Assembly (NCBI RefSeq): GCF_030028105.1
Contig: NC_092377.1
Coordinates: 138,486,104 to 138,550,103 of the forward strand
DNA: 64,000 nucleotides
Direction of reading: 5' to 3'
Source: Mobula birostris
Lineage: Eukaryota
Position 1 is the first letter of the stretch. Each line of letters opens with the position of its first letter. The notes under the pieces were generated by a model that was not told where the DNA came from, searched no databases, and was given only the letters and a program-made list of their open reading frames with translations. A program made the translations under genes and the position numbers. Below, piece by piece: positions 14,281 to 26,233 of this stretch.

Positions 14281-15739
14281 AACATGTATTAATAAATTTG
14301 ACGTTGAGATCTGGAAGATTTGTGGGTACACATACAAATACGATGGCAGCAAGAAAAAATTGTGATTTTTTAAGAAGACTGCCAACTACCTGGCCCAGCA
14401 TGGAATAAAAGACAAGCTATGCTGAAACTTATAATGTGTCAGATCTCAACTAGAATTTGGTATTTGATTCTGGACAGAATAGCGAGGCCATGGAAAGTGT
14501 GCAATGTGATATACTACAATGGTACCGAGGATGGAGGAGTTCAGTTAGGCACACTGACTGAATATTCATGAGCAGAAAAGGGTAAGTGCAGACCTTGATT
14601 GGAATTATCTTAACTATAAAGGTTTTTTAAAGAGTAAATAATGATAACCAGTTTCACCCTGCACCACAGAGCATGTGTGTGTCTGTTGGCTGCAGGGTGG
14701 TTGTTAGTCCAGAGGCAGATTTACTACAACCTCCAAAGTGACCAGAAGGGAAATAACATTATTCCTTAAGCATTGTAGTGTAGAATCTAAGCTGAAGGGA
14801 TACTGAAAGTAGATTTTAAAATGTGCTAAACAGAATTGAATGCATAATGAAAACCAAAAATATGCAGGTATGTGTAATAAGTGCAAGCTTGTATAACTAT
14901 TTGCACAAATATTTCAAATGAACACTTTACAAATGGCCTCCCATTTTGTTCCATCTTAAAAAAAGAAAACAAGCACAAAAGGAAATACATAATATATTTA
15001 TTACATAAAGCCACACAAGCTCAAAATTATACAATAAACCACATCAGCAAATAATCTAAACATCTATCACCATACTAGAAATGAAATCAGCAGTTATCAT
15101 TATAATCATCCTTCAAATCCATATCTATAAACATCAAAAAAAGTAAAAGAACAAGAACATCATCAGGCAAAAGTACTTATTTCAATAATCTCACAGGCAT
15201 AATAGATATTTCCTTAGACAATTCAGGCAACATTTGCAGCACCTTATCAGATTGCAATCCAAAAGAAAAAGGAAGAAAGAAATCTTAAATGCTTTGAGGT
15301 GCAGGAGTGAGAAAGGAAATATTCATTACCAGGAACAAAAATGGAACTGGGATTTTGAAATAAAACTGCAACTTCATTTTGTGTCCCCAGTTAGCAAAAA
15401 AAGAGAAGTAACAGCAATATGGCTGCCACTGGCCCTTTAAATCCAGCAATGTAGCCACCCATCTCCATCCTCAACCCAATAAGAAAAACAATCCTAACCC
15501 TAGTGAAGTGTTTACTGAAAATCAAACATTTTATGGTACAGTGGGCTTCTGTGGATGATGAGGAGGAAGAGAGAGAGTGAAAAGGAGGGGGAAATATAAT
15601 GAAGACAAATGACAGTGTAAATACTACCTGCAGTTTGTTCCATTCTAATCAGACCCAGGGAAGCTCAACTTGACGGGGATTCACAGTAAATCAGTCCAGC
15701 AAAGGGAGACAGGATGTCCAGGCCGCTTTCAGTTTAAAG

Positions 15740-16145
15740 GGAACTGCTCTGTACCTCAGCTCCGCTCTCGCTCAGCTGCCTGACTCTCCATTCTCGGCTG
15801 CTGGGCGGGGAGGACGGTACCGGCTGTGCGTTGCTAAGGAACGGAGGGAAGGGAAGGCCAGGCGGGGAGCTGGGGCTCGGGCCGCCACCGCTCACCGTTG
15901 TTATTGCCGTTTCTTTCGCTGCCGCACAAAGGCCCCGGCGGCGCATTCAGCGCCGAAAACGCCGCGCTCCCATTGGCCACAATGCTCTGCACAGCCCCGC
16001 TAGGCCTCACGGGAAATGTAGTCCCCTATCTCCCTGCAGGCCCGGAGGCGCAGTAAGGACCCAAACCTTACCCCCCCCACCCCGCTCCCATTGGCTGCGC
16101 CGCACTGCACAGCCACCCAGCATAGTGGGAAATGTAGTTCCTCTT
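15740..16145 (-). promoter_or_regulatory. NSD3: CpG-island promoter of NSD3 with 2 CCAAT boxes and 2 ZNF143/THAP11-type ACTACATTTCCC motifs
   Basis: Only CpG-dense non-repeat stretch upstream of the coding exon. ATTGG at ~15972 and ~16090; GGGAAATGTAGT at 16011-16022 and 16127-16138. Confidence 0.85.
15896..15960 (-). other. NSD3: Predicted non-coding exon 1 of NSD3 (5' end uncertain)
   Basis: Minus-strand donor AACG|GTGAGC at 15896/15895 inside the CpG island, downstream of the CCAAT boxes. Weaker alternative donors near 15755 and 15628. Confidence 0.6.
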
Positions 16146-16150
16146 TACAC

Positions 16151-16152
<2 letters not shown>

Positions 16153-16202
<50 letters not shown>
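16153..16202. repeat. (CA)n microsatellite, ~25 units
   Basis: Perfect AC run directly upstream of the NSD3 promoter. Confidence 0.98.
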
Positions 16203-16204
<2 letters not shown>

Positions 16205-17402
16205 ACTTCATCCTTTTTATCACAAGCGTTGTTATATCTGGTACGCAGACAGTCCTTTTTCTGCTGCACACCTTTCAAAAGCAAATCAAATCAGGGTGTA
16301 CTTCAGTGCAAGGTTGAGTGATCAAGCACTGTCGAAATGCCCTCCTTAGGATGAAAAGTTAAAGACTTACATAACTCTCTGAAAGGTAATTGAACTAAAC
16401 TATTAACTCTGGTTTCTGCCCTCCACAGATCCATCCTTACCTGCTGGGCGTCACAAAGGCTTTCTGTTTCATTGCAGGTTTCCAACATCTGAAAATCGAA
16501 CTTAGTTAAAGTCCAAATGCAAAATACTGCTCACTCAGCCGCACATTAAAATGCACTTAACCATGCAGGAATTAAAACTTCTGAAAGGGGATCTTTAGTT
16601 GTATAACATACACAACATACAAAATATTATTCTCATACTTAATTACTATTGGGAAGTGGCCAGTCCCAAACGCCCCATCCCAAATTACACACTTTGGAAG
16701 TTCAAAGTTCATGTATACATTGTTCATACACTCTAATATAATGAGAGAATGACAGAGGTCCTCTCATCTGGATATGATGTTAAATATGGGTCTGTTCTTC
16801 TAGGTCAGCATAAAAGCAATACAGCAATATCTTGCATAAAAATAATGGAGTCCTTTAACCCCTGCCAAAATAGTTTGTTAATATTGCATTGTTTTTCTTC
16901 TATTGGAATTAATTGTCATTATTTTCATGTTACAATAGGTATTACCATTTCATTAAAAAAAAGTATTTCGTTGGATCAAAGAGGTACTGGGGCCTGAAGA
17001 CTCACATTCAGTGGTTAAGGAGCAACGTCTTCGCCGCTGTCATCAGATTGCCGAATGGTCCAAGAACACTACCAACAGACTTCGCACGATTTACTAATTG
17101 TATAATTTATAGTAATTTTTACACCTTTTTAACTGCACTGCTGCCACAAAATAACAAATTTCATGCCATATAAGACAATTGTATTACGCCTGATTCTGAG
17201 CTGATTGACAAGGGAAAAGAATTTCAGTTCACCTCTGAGTCTTAAAACCACAGCTGATAGCTAAACACCTGCGAAATATTATTCAGAACATTGAACAGTA
17301 CAGCACATGAACAGGCCCTTCATCACAGAATGTTTTCCTGAACTAATTAAACTCATAATTGAATGCCTAACCATAGAAATCCCTTATGCCCACAAAATTA
17401 TA

Positions 17403-18645
17403 TCAAAGTTCGAAGTAAATTTATTATCAAAGTACATAATGTCACCATATACAACACTGAGATTCATTTTCTTGTGGGCATACTCAATAAATCCTTAATA
17501 GAATAATAACTATAATAGAATAAATGAAAGACTGCACCAACTTTGACTTTCAACCAGTGAGCAAAAGACAACAAATTGTGCAAATACAAAAAGAAAGAAA
17601 TAATAATAAATTAAGCAATAAATTTTGAGAACATGAGATGAAGAATCCTTGAAAGTGAGTCCATAAGTCGTGGGAATATTTCAATGATGGGGCAAGTAAA
17701 GTTGAGTGTAGTTATTCTCTTTGGTTCAAGAGCCTGATGGTTGAGGAGTAATAACTGTCCCTAAACCTGGTGGTGAGTCCTGAGGCCTGTACCTTCTTCC
17801 TGATGGTAGCAACGAGAAGGGAGCATGTTCTGGGTGGTGGGAAGCCCTGATGATGGATGCTGTTTTCCTGCGACAGCATTTCATTTAGATGTGCTCAGTG
17901 GTGGGGAGGGCTTTACTCGTGATGTACTGGGCCGTATCCACTACTTTTTGAATGATTTTCCACTCAAGGGCATTGATGTTTCCATACCAGGCTGGGCTGC
18001 TCGGAGTCAATATACTCTCCACTATTATCTATAGAAGTGTGTCAAAGTTTTAGATATCATGTTGAATCTTTGCAAACTCCTAAGCAAGTAGAGGTGCTGC
18101 TGTGCTTTCTTTATAATTGCACTTACGTGCTAGGCCCAGGACCTGTCCTTCATAATAATAAGACCGAGGAATTTAAAGTTTCCTTCTCCTGAAGTCAGTA
18201 ATCAGCTCCTTGGTCTCCCTGACATCGAGTAAGAGGATGTTCTTAAGGCACCACTCAGCCAGATTTTCAATGTCCCTCCTGTATGTTGATTCGGCCTACG
18301 ACAGTGGTGTCGCCTACAAACTTGAACATGGCATTGCAGCTGTGCTTAGCCACACGGCCATAAGTGTAAAGCGAGTAGAGCAGGGGGCCAAGCACACAGC
18401 CTTGTGGAGATCGTGGAGGAGATGTTTCCAATCGGAACTGACTGGGATCTGCCGGTGAGGAAATCAAAGATCCAATTGGCGCAAGGTGGCATTGAGGGCA
18501 GGGTCTTCGAGCTTATTGATTGGTTTTGAGGGGATGGTGGTATTGAATTCTGAGCTGTAGTTGATAAAGAGCATCCAGATGTATGCATGTTTGCTCTCCA
18601 GATGTTCCAGAGTTGAATGGTGAGCCGTGAACCTGTTGCTCTGGT
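17403..18645 (-). mobile_element. Rex1/Babar LINE, 5'-truncated and frameshifted
   Basis: RT motifs [34 protein letters not shown]; tail aataaatttacttcgaactttga. Confidence 0.9.
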
Positions 18646-19109
18646 GGATTTCCATTTTCTGCACATCCACGTGTCTATCTAAGCGTCTTTAAATACTTCC
18701 ATTGTATATTCCTCCTGTACTACAGCTGGCAGTGACTTCCAGTCATCCACCACTCTGTGTAAAAAATTTGACCTGCACATCTCCTTTGAACTTTTCCTCT
18801 CACCTGAAATGCACACTCTCTAATAAAAGACACGTTGATCATGGGGAAAATAAAATCGCTGTCTTCACCATCTGTCTCTCATAATCTTATAAACCTCTAC
18901 CAGGTCTCCCCTCTGCATCCTCCATTGCAGAGAAAACAACCCAAGTTTGTCCAAGCTCTCCTCATAGCACATGTCCTCTAATCCAGATGTTACCCTGGTA
19001 AACCTCTTCTACACTCTCAAAGTGGCATTTTAATGTCATTTTTTGTCACTCCCATATTCTATGTTTTTTTAAAAAACCTTTCGAAAACATAATCTCCTGA
19101 ATAATGTAC

Positions 19110-20335
19110 AAAATCATGAGAGGTATGAAGAGGGCAAATGCAAGCAGGATTGTTCCACTGAGGTTGGGTGGTGCTGCAACCAGAGTTCATGGGTTAAGGG
19201 GTGAAAGCTGAGAAGTTTAAGGGGAACATGAGGGGAAACCTCTTCACTCAGAGGGTCATGAGAGTGTGGAGCTAGCTGCCAGCACAAGTGGTCCATGTGA
19301 GCTCGATCGCAACGTTTAAGAGAAGTTTGGATAGGGGCGTGGAGGGCAATGGTCCTGGTGCAAGTCATTGGGAGCAGGCAGTCTAACTGGTTTTGGCATG
19401 GACTAGATGGGCCGAAAGGCCTGTTTCTCTGCTGTACTCTATGTCTCCAATGTTTTGTCCTCTATCAAGGTCAACTAATACCTTGCCTGGAAGGGATATT
19501 GTCTATTTAGAGTAAGCATCTCATATGACGAGATGAATACCGACTTCTGACCTTTGCAATCAGCTGCCTCTCCCACTTCCTTTCTTTCCGCTCCCCCACA
19601 GTTTGCCTACTTTAACTCTGTCCTTCTCTGATAATTGCGTCAAACTGTATCCTTCGCAACCTTGGTACACATTTGACCTTGAGACCACATATCCATTCTG
19701 TCCCTAAAACTACCTCAGTGACGTCAACTGGCCTCAATCTGCGGCTAAGCATCAATATCTCCTACAGCCTTTTAACTTTCTCACAATAAAAGACTAATTC
19801 TTGTTCCTTTCCCTATTCTCAAATTGAATCAATCCACTGTGAAAGGTGCTTTAACTTCCAAGGCTCTTATCCAGACCTCTTCATCTTGATCTCCTTCATT
19901 GGGTTGATGGCTCCAGGCCTGTACTCACTGGAGTTTAGAAGAATGATGGAGGAGCGCATTGAAATCTATTGAATATTGAAAGGCCTACACAGAGTGGAGG
20001 TGGAGAGGATGCTTCCTATAGTGGAGGAGCCCAGAATCAAAGGGTAACTATCTCAGAATAGAAGGACGTCCCTTTAGAACAGAGATGAAGAGGAATTTCT
20101 TTAGCCAGAGGGTGATGAATCTGTGGAATTTGTTGCCACAGATGGCTATGGAGGCCATGTTATTGGGCACATTTAAACAGAAGTTGATAGTTTCATGATT
20201 AATAAGGGTATCAAAGGTAATGGGGAGGGCGGGAGTTGAAAGGGATAATAAATCAGCCATTTTGGAATAGTGAAGCAGACTCAATGGGCCGAATGGCCTA
20301 ATTCTGCTCCTATGTCTAAGAGTCTTATAGCCTTT
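19110..20335 (+). mobile_element. Two CR1 3' fragments (19110-19445, 19900-20335)
   Basis: CR1 ORF2 end and terminal gggccgaa(t/a)ggcct hairpin motif. Confidence 0.75.
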
Positions 20336-20466
20336 AAGATGCCCCTTGAAACTTAAAGTGTTTAATCCAGTATTTAGCTGCCTGCTTTAAATGGTCCTCA
20401 ATCCTTAAGTGTCAGTTTTGTTTGATAATGTCCCTGTGAAGCATTGGGATATTTTGCTACTTCAGT

Positions 20467-21374
20467 CTTTCTTCTTCAGGTGCCTTGCGCGTTACACACT
20501 TGGGCGATTGTGCCTTTCCACATCCAACGATCCCTCGCAGCGTCAATGATATCTCCCACACTCAGATCTGTTAGTTCTTTCACAGTATCTGTATATTTTC
20601 TTCTTTGCCTTCCTCTACTGCGTTTCCCAGGCTTACGGCCTTGTAAGGCATTCTATTTCTCCCTTTCTGATGACATGGCTCAGGAATTTAAGTTTCCTCT
20701 CATTTAATGTTCTCATTAAAGATCTTTTTGTATGGGCACGTTGGAGTACTGTCTCAATAGTTACCCTATCTCTATATGGTATTTTCAGCATTCTCCTAAG
20801 AAACCACATTTCTGTTGCTTCTAAGTTTCTTTAGAGTTCTAGTCCATGTTTTGGAAGTATACAGCAAGATTGACCAGATGTAATATTTTAGTAGCCTAAG
20901 CTTTGTTGCCATTGAAATGTGTCTTTTGGTAAAAATGGATTTCATTTCTTGGAAGTTGGTTTTGGCAATGGCAATTCTTCTTTTTATTTCTACTTTACTT
21001 CTAGCAGCTTGTGATATAAAGCTACCAAGGTAATTAAAGCTGGTCTTTTGTTCAATCTCCTGGTTGCCGATGTACAATTGGCAGTTGGGAGTATCCTGCT
21101 GTTTTGATATTACTGCTTTTTTTACAGTTGACGGTTAGACCAAAATCTGCATTTGTTTGCACTACTTTGTCTAGGAGGATTTGTAGGTCTTCTGCAGCAC
21201 TTGCTATTAGGGTGCGATCATCTGCATATCTTATATTGTTGATGTTAACACCTCCAATTTTTATCCCATCTGGGTCTTGTATTTCTCTGAGAATCATTTC
21301 ACTATAGATATGAAACAATTCCTGTGAGGCAATGCATCCCTGTCTAACTCCTCTTTGAATTTTAGTCCAACTGC
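20467..21374 (-). mobile_element. RTE-clade LINE, 5'-truncated, with TSD
   Basis: INNIRYADD and FNYLGS motifs; (GAA)n tail at low coordinate; flanking repeat TGCTA(C/T)TTCAGT at 20455-20466 and 21375-21386. Confidence 0.88.
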
Positions 21375-22598
21375 TGCTATTTCAGTAGAGCTACATAAAT
21401 AAAAGTTCTTTTCTGCACAGGCTGCTCGAGTTACCCAGCTGAGAAAATTGTAGCTGAACCCCTCTCCAATTCAATCATAGATAAAGGCGACGGCCACAAA
21501 ATGAGCCTTGGTTTTATCTTTCTCTACCTTGCCTCCCTAATGGATTAGGTCTCATTATTTTTCAAACAATTCAATATGGGAGGAAAATACAAAGAAAACA
21601 TGCATTTTGAATATTGCTGTTCATGCCCTCAGGGCAAAACTGGTTAATTAGTTTTCAAAATGCAATCTCTGTTATGTCAGCAACACATGACAGTTGCAAA
21701 CGGTGTATAGCAAGGCCCAATTAAAACAATGAAAAAAAATTATTATCTGTCTTTCTAATTGAGGGTTAAAGTTGACCAGGCAGGCCTCAGGAAAGTTTCC
21801 AATCCTTCTTTGAAGAGATCTTTCAATTATGTCTGACAAGCAGGTGCATCTTTAGATAAATGTGAAAAGCCCCAGTCTTTTCCCCAGTCCGAAAAGGAGA
21901 GTTAGTCTTGAAGAGAGAGAGGGGAAAGATTTAAAGGTGAACCGAGGGGAGTGCAAGTATGGAAAAAGTGTTGCTGGAGGAAGGGGGTAGAGGCACGTTT
22001 AACCGTTTAATTACGGTATTTAAAAGACATTTGGGCAGGTACATGGGATAGAGGGACAAGGGCCAAATGCAGGCAGATGGGACAAGCTCAGTTATGCGTG
22101 GAAGCAACGGGCTGGAGGCTTGCTTTCCCTGGCTTATCATCCTATGGCATTATGACAATGTTGTATTCCCTCAACATCATACTGGTCCAGTTTGGGTGCA
22201 ATAGACACAGATGAAGTTTGAAATGGAGAGAAGAGTCTGAAAACTAAAATAACATTAGTTACTTTTGTATTGCTGGCTTCCATCACATAGACCATAGAGA
22301 TGAGATGTATCAAAACATAAATAAATTGGTCAGTTGTTCCATGTCTTCAACTTAACCAAACCACTTATTGATTTAACCACAGGGTACTGGCAAGGCTGCA
22401 TTCTTAAGTAGACCTATACTGAGCAGCTTGTGGGCCATCTCAGGGAACAGTTAGACTGGAGCCAACCACTTTGGTGGGTCTGGAATCCTATAAATTTCAC
22501 AGCCAGTAAGAACAGTAGATTTCCTTTCCTGAAGGAATTTAATGATACCAGTAGGTTTTTACAACATTCAGTCAGTTTCATGGTTATAGTTTACTTAG

Positions 22599-23155
22599 GG
22601 TCAAGAATGATGAGTTCGGAGAAGGACATAAAGATATGGAAGGCGCTGGCGTGGAGGGCTATGAACGACATGAAGGAAATCTGGAAGTCGAACCTGACAA
22701 GAGGCCTTAAAAAGAGGATTTTCATAGCGGTCATAGAGTCCATTCGCACGTACGGATGCGAGATGTGGACACTCACCAAGACGATGTGAAAGTCTCTAGA
22801 TGGTTGCTATATGCGAATGCTCCGGATGGCTCTTGATGTGTGTTGGCAACAGCACATGACGAATGCTGAGCTCTGTTACAACCTACCGATGCTCTCCACT
22901 AAAATCGAGGCGAGAAGACTGCAATTAGCGGGGCACTGTCTACGCCACCCTGAGCTACCTGCCAGCCTAGTCATCATATGGGAGCCCAAGCACGGGAGGA
23001 TGAACCCTGGGCGCCCTCCCAAGACACTCCTAGAAAACAGCGGCGCGGCTAATGTAGATGAACTGAGCACACTGATGAGGGAGAGGGAGAAGTGGAGAGT
23101 CCGTCATCGTGCCCGACACCGGCCTCCTAGGCCTGAGTCGACGTAGTAGTAGTAG
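22599..23155 (+). mobile_element. RTE-X-like LINE 3' fragment with (GTA)n tail and TSD
   Basis: YLGS...SIRTYGCEMWTL...RRLQLAGHCLRHPE...GRP motifs; TAGTTTACTTAG at 22587-22598 and 23156-23167. Confidence 0.85.
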
Positions 23156-23741
23156 TAGTTTACTTAGAATACTTAAGTACTGTTTCTGGGGCAGGGAATC
23201 TAGGAAAAAGTCTGAGCCTTTAGATACCTGTCCTATGATTAACCACCTTGTTGCTGTATCCCCAGTCTGACATAATGCCACTAACAACACTAAAGCTAGC
23301 AGCACTTTTACCTCAGGCAGATCAGCTTCATAAAAGCAGAAGCTCATGATCCATAAAACACACAGCAGATTCAAAATCTGTTTGATGTATTTGTAGCTGT
23401 GCTCACTTCTCCGAGTCAAGTCGTTCAAATTGGTTATTATTTCACCAAAATGAATCAATTGTTGTTTAAAGATTACAAAAAAAACCTCTCTGAAGTGATA
23501 ACTTTTTAAAGTAGGCAATAAGACCTTTCAATGTAAAATTTAATTGGACTTTTTTTTGTACAAGATAACAGCTGCCGGGCTTTTACCTTAGTGCCTTCTA
23601 ACATCAGCATACAAAGCTCACTGAGTTATTTGCAAACATTAGCACTGCCGTCCAGTAATTTTAAAATTACAGTTATTTAATGCATTAACTTCCTCATGTT
23701 AGCCACTAGCTGAAAGCTAGAAACAAACTTGTACTCCATAT

Positions 23742-23950
23742 TCAACTTTTCTCCTATCATTCTGGATCTCCCCCTCCCCCTCCAACTTTCAAATCCCTTA
23801 CTCACTCTTCCTTCAGTTAGTCCTGACGAAGGGTCTCGGCCTGAAACGTTGACTGCACCTCTTCCTACAGATGCTGCCTGGCCTGCTGCGTTCACCAGCA
23901 ACTTTGATGTGTGTTGCTTGAATTTCCAGCATCTGCAGAATTCCTGTTGT
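23742..23950 (+). mobile_element. Penelope-derived ~200-bp element with TSD
   Basis: Matches the 3' UTR of the GIY-YIG element at 57810-58480; TTGTACTC(C/T)ATAT at 23729-23741 and 23951-23963. Confidence 0.85.
23819..23854 (+). ncRNA. Minimal type I hammerhead ribozyme motif (intact core)
   Basis: AGTC-CTGACGA-A-GGGT(CTCG)GCCT-GAAA-C-GTT^GACT: stem I AGTC/GACT, stem II, palindromic ACGT in place of stem III, GUU cleavage triplet. Confidence 0.8.
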
Positions 23951-25044
23951 TTGTACTCTATATCCTTTTGTTTATGGATGGTATCCAATGTATGGAAATA
24001 GAGTCTATATAAAACAGTCAATTTTTTAAAAAAATGTGTTTTTGGTTTTTATTTCATTATACCTAAAATAGAAATATATAAATTTATCAAACTAAGTTGG
24101 CTCCTTCTCTTAGAATGCTGCTCGAGTCCAGAAGACAATAAAAAGCCAGATGATATTTTTTACTCTTTTGGGAATTCACAAATTCTGATGTTGTAATTTT
24201 AGAAGACAAGTCTTGGGTACAAAATATCAACACCAAAATTTGACAAAGTTCTCATTTCACAGTAGCAGGCACAACTTTCATGGTCAAATGAATGTTGATA
24301 GTATACTCACAGTATTTTGTCATGCATGCAGCAACTCAAAGGTCTTAGCAACAAGCCCACACAAGAGGTGTATCCTTTATGAAGTTGGCTACTTCAATAT
24401 ACTATGCTTTCTATGGTTCAGTGAATCAGTTACACTGCTGTTATGGTTACTTGTGTTTTGTCCTTTCAGAGTTAAGCTGAAGCGGTACTTTGCTTCAGTC
24501 ATCAAACTACAGAGCTCAGTAAAATAAAATGCTTTTTCTGCCACTGCAAAAAGCCTAATCCCTGGGATAAAACTGTGACTGTGCATTAGAAAAGTGCACG
24601 ATGTTACTGAACACAATATTTGTGTCGTTCTCCACTCTGTTTTTTTTCCAGTTTTCTGTTCCAAGCATTTCTCCAGACGAGGAGGTTCACACACCAGTTG
24701 TTCAAAGTGTTATTGGGAAAGGAATAAGAAGCAAGGTGCATTAGCGCACTGTCCACTAACCAAGACTCAAAGCTCCTGTATTAGTTTATCTAGAGACGTG
24801 CACAAGCTGTGTCTGGAAATGGTACTACAGCTCATAATCCAAATCATAACCCAGTTGCAATCTCACAAAAATCCCTGATTCATTTAATTTTTAATGCCAC
24901 AGGACCATTACTTTGTGAAATTAAAAAGATTAAATTCTGTGAACTTGCTGCAAGTCAGGCAACATCTATGGAAAGAGTTAATACTTCTGGCTGAAGACCA
25001 TTTGAACTTCTCACTATTCGATTTCCAGTGTTGACCACTACCGT

Positions 25045-25600
25045 GAAAGTTCAAAGTAAATTTATTATCAGAGTACATACATGTCAGCACACACAACCCT
25101 GCGATTCATTTAACTGCGGGCATGCTCAGCAAATCTATAGAAGAGTAACTGTAAACAGGATCAATGAAAAACAAATTGTGCAAATGTAAATATTAATAAA
25201 GAGCAATAAATAACAAGATAAAGAGTCCTTAAAGTGAGATCGTTGGTTGTGGGAACACCAGAAAAAGACTGAATGTACTTATCCTCTTTTGTTCAAGAGC
25301 CTGATAGTTGAGGGGTAGTAATAGTTCTTGAACCTGGTGGTGCAAGTCCTGAGGCTCTTGTACCTTCTACCTGAATGGCAGAAGTGAGAAAAGAGCCTGG
25401 GTGATGAGGACCTTTGATGACGGATGCTGCTTTTTTTACGGCAACGTTTCATGCAGATGTGCTCAATGGTTGGGAGGGCTTTACCTGTGACATACTGGGC
25501 CGAATCCACTACCTTTCATCGGATTTTCCACTCAAAGGCATTGGCGTTCCCACACCAGGCTGTAATGCAGCCAGTTGGCACACTTTCCACCACACATGAG
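25045..25600 (-). mobile_element. Rex1 LINE 3' fragment
   Basis: SGRRYKSLRTCTTRFKNYYYPSTIRLLN; tail aataaatttactttgaactt. Confidence 0.85.
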
Positions 25601-25924
25601 AAACTCTTCAACTAAAATCACAGGGATTCTGGAGACCAGTGGAACCTCCATCTAAGCCAGATGTGTGTGTGTGTTTGGTGGAGAGAGCAGGGAGGAATTA
25701 GTGAAGGTATTGCCTTACTGAGAAATTTACAACTCATTGAAGTACTTTGTCAGAACAAGTATTTTTTGTTTGTTTGATAAATAATGGCTAATTTCACTCA
25801 TTATCACCACTGTCTTTTAAGGATGAGCAACGTCCTAATGAATCTGAGTCATAATAGTTGAGTTACAAAGTAATCCTGAACAAAATATAGATACTGCAAC
25901 TAAAAGCTCTATGTAGAATGGAAT

Positions 25925-26233
25925 TTTTATAGGCATCCGTTAGTCTCATGAGACCATGGGTTTGCGCCTTGGAAGGTTTCCAGGGCGCAGGCCTGGGCAA
26001 GGTTGTATGGAAGACCGGCAGTTGCCCATGCTGCAAGTCTCCCCTCTCCACGCCACCGATGTTGTCCAAGGGAAGGGCATTAGGACCCACACAGCTTGGC
26101 ACCGGTGTTGTCGCAGAGCAATGTGTGGTTAAGTGCCTTGCTCAAGGACACAACACGCTGCCTCCGCCAAGGCTCGAACTAGCAACCTTCAGATCACTAG
26201 ATGAACGCCTTAACCACTTGGCCACGCGCCAAC
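25925..26233 (-). mobile_element. tRNA-derived SINE with 10-bp TSD
   Basis: A box TGGCCAAGTGG, B box GTTCGAGCC, central gtgtccttgagcaaggcacttaacc; AGAATGGAAT at 25915-25924 and 26234-26243. Confidence 0.9.

Noticed and set aside
15831-16349. 172-aa ORF with THTHTH tract
   Set aside because: Chance ORF across the CpG island and CA microsatellite, starting at a non-ATG codon.
26160-26233. tRNA gene (also 42623-42690)
   Set aside because: A/B boxes belong to SINE heads; no complete cloverleaf, and SINE bodies follow.
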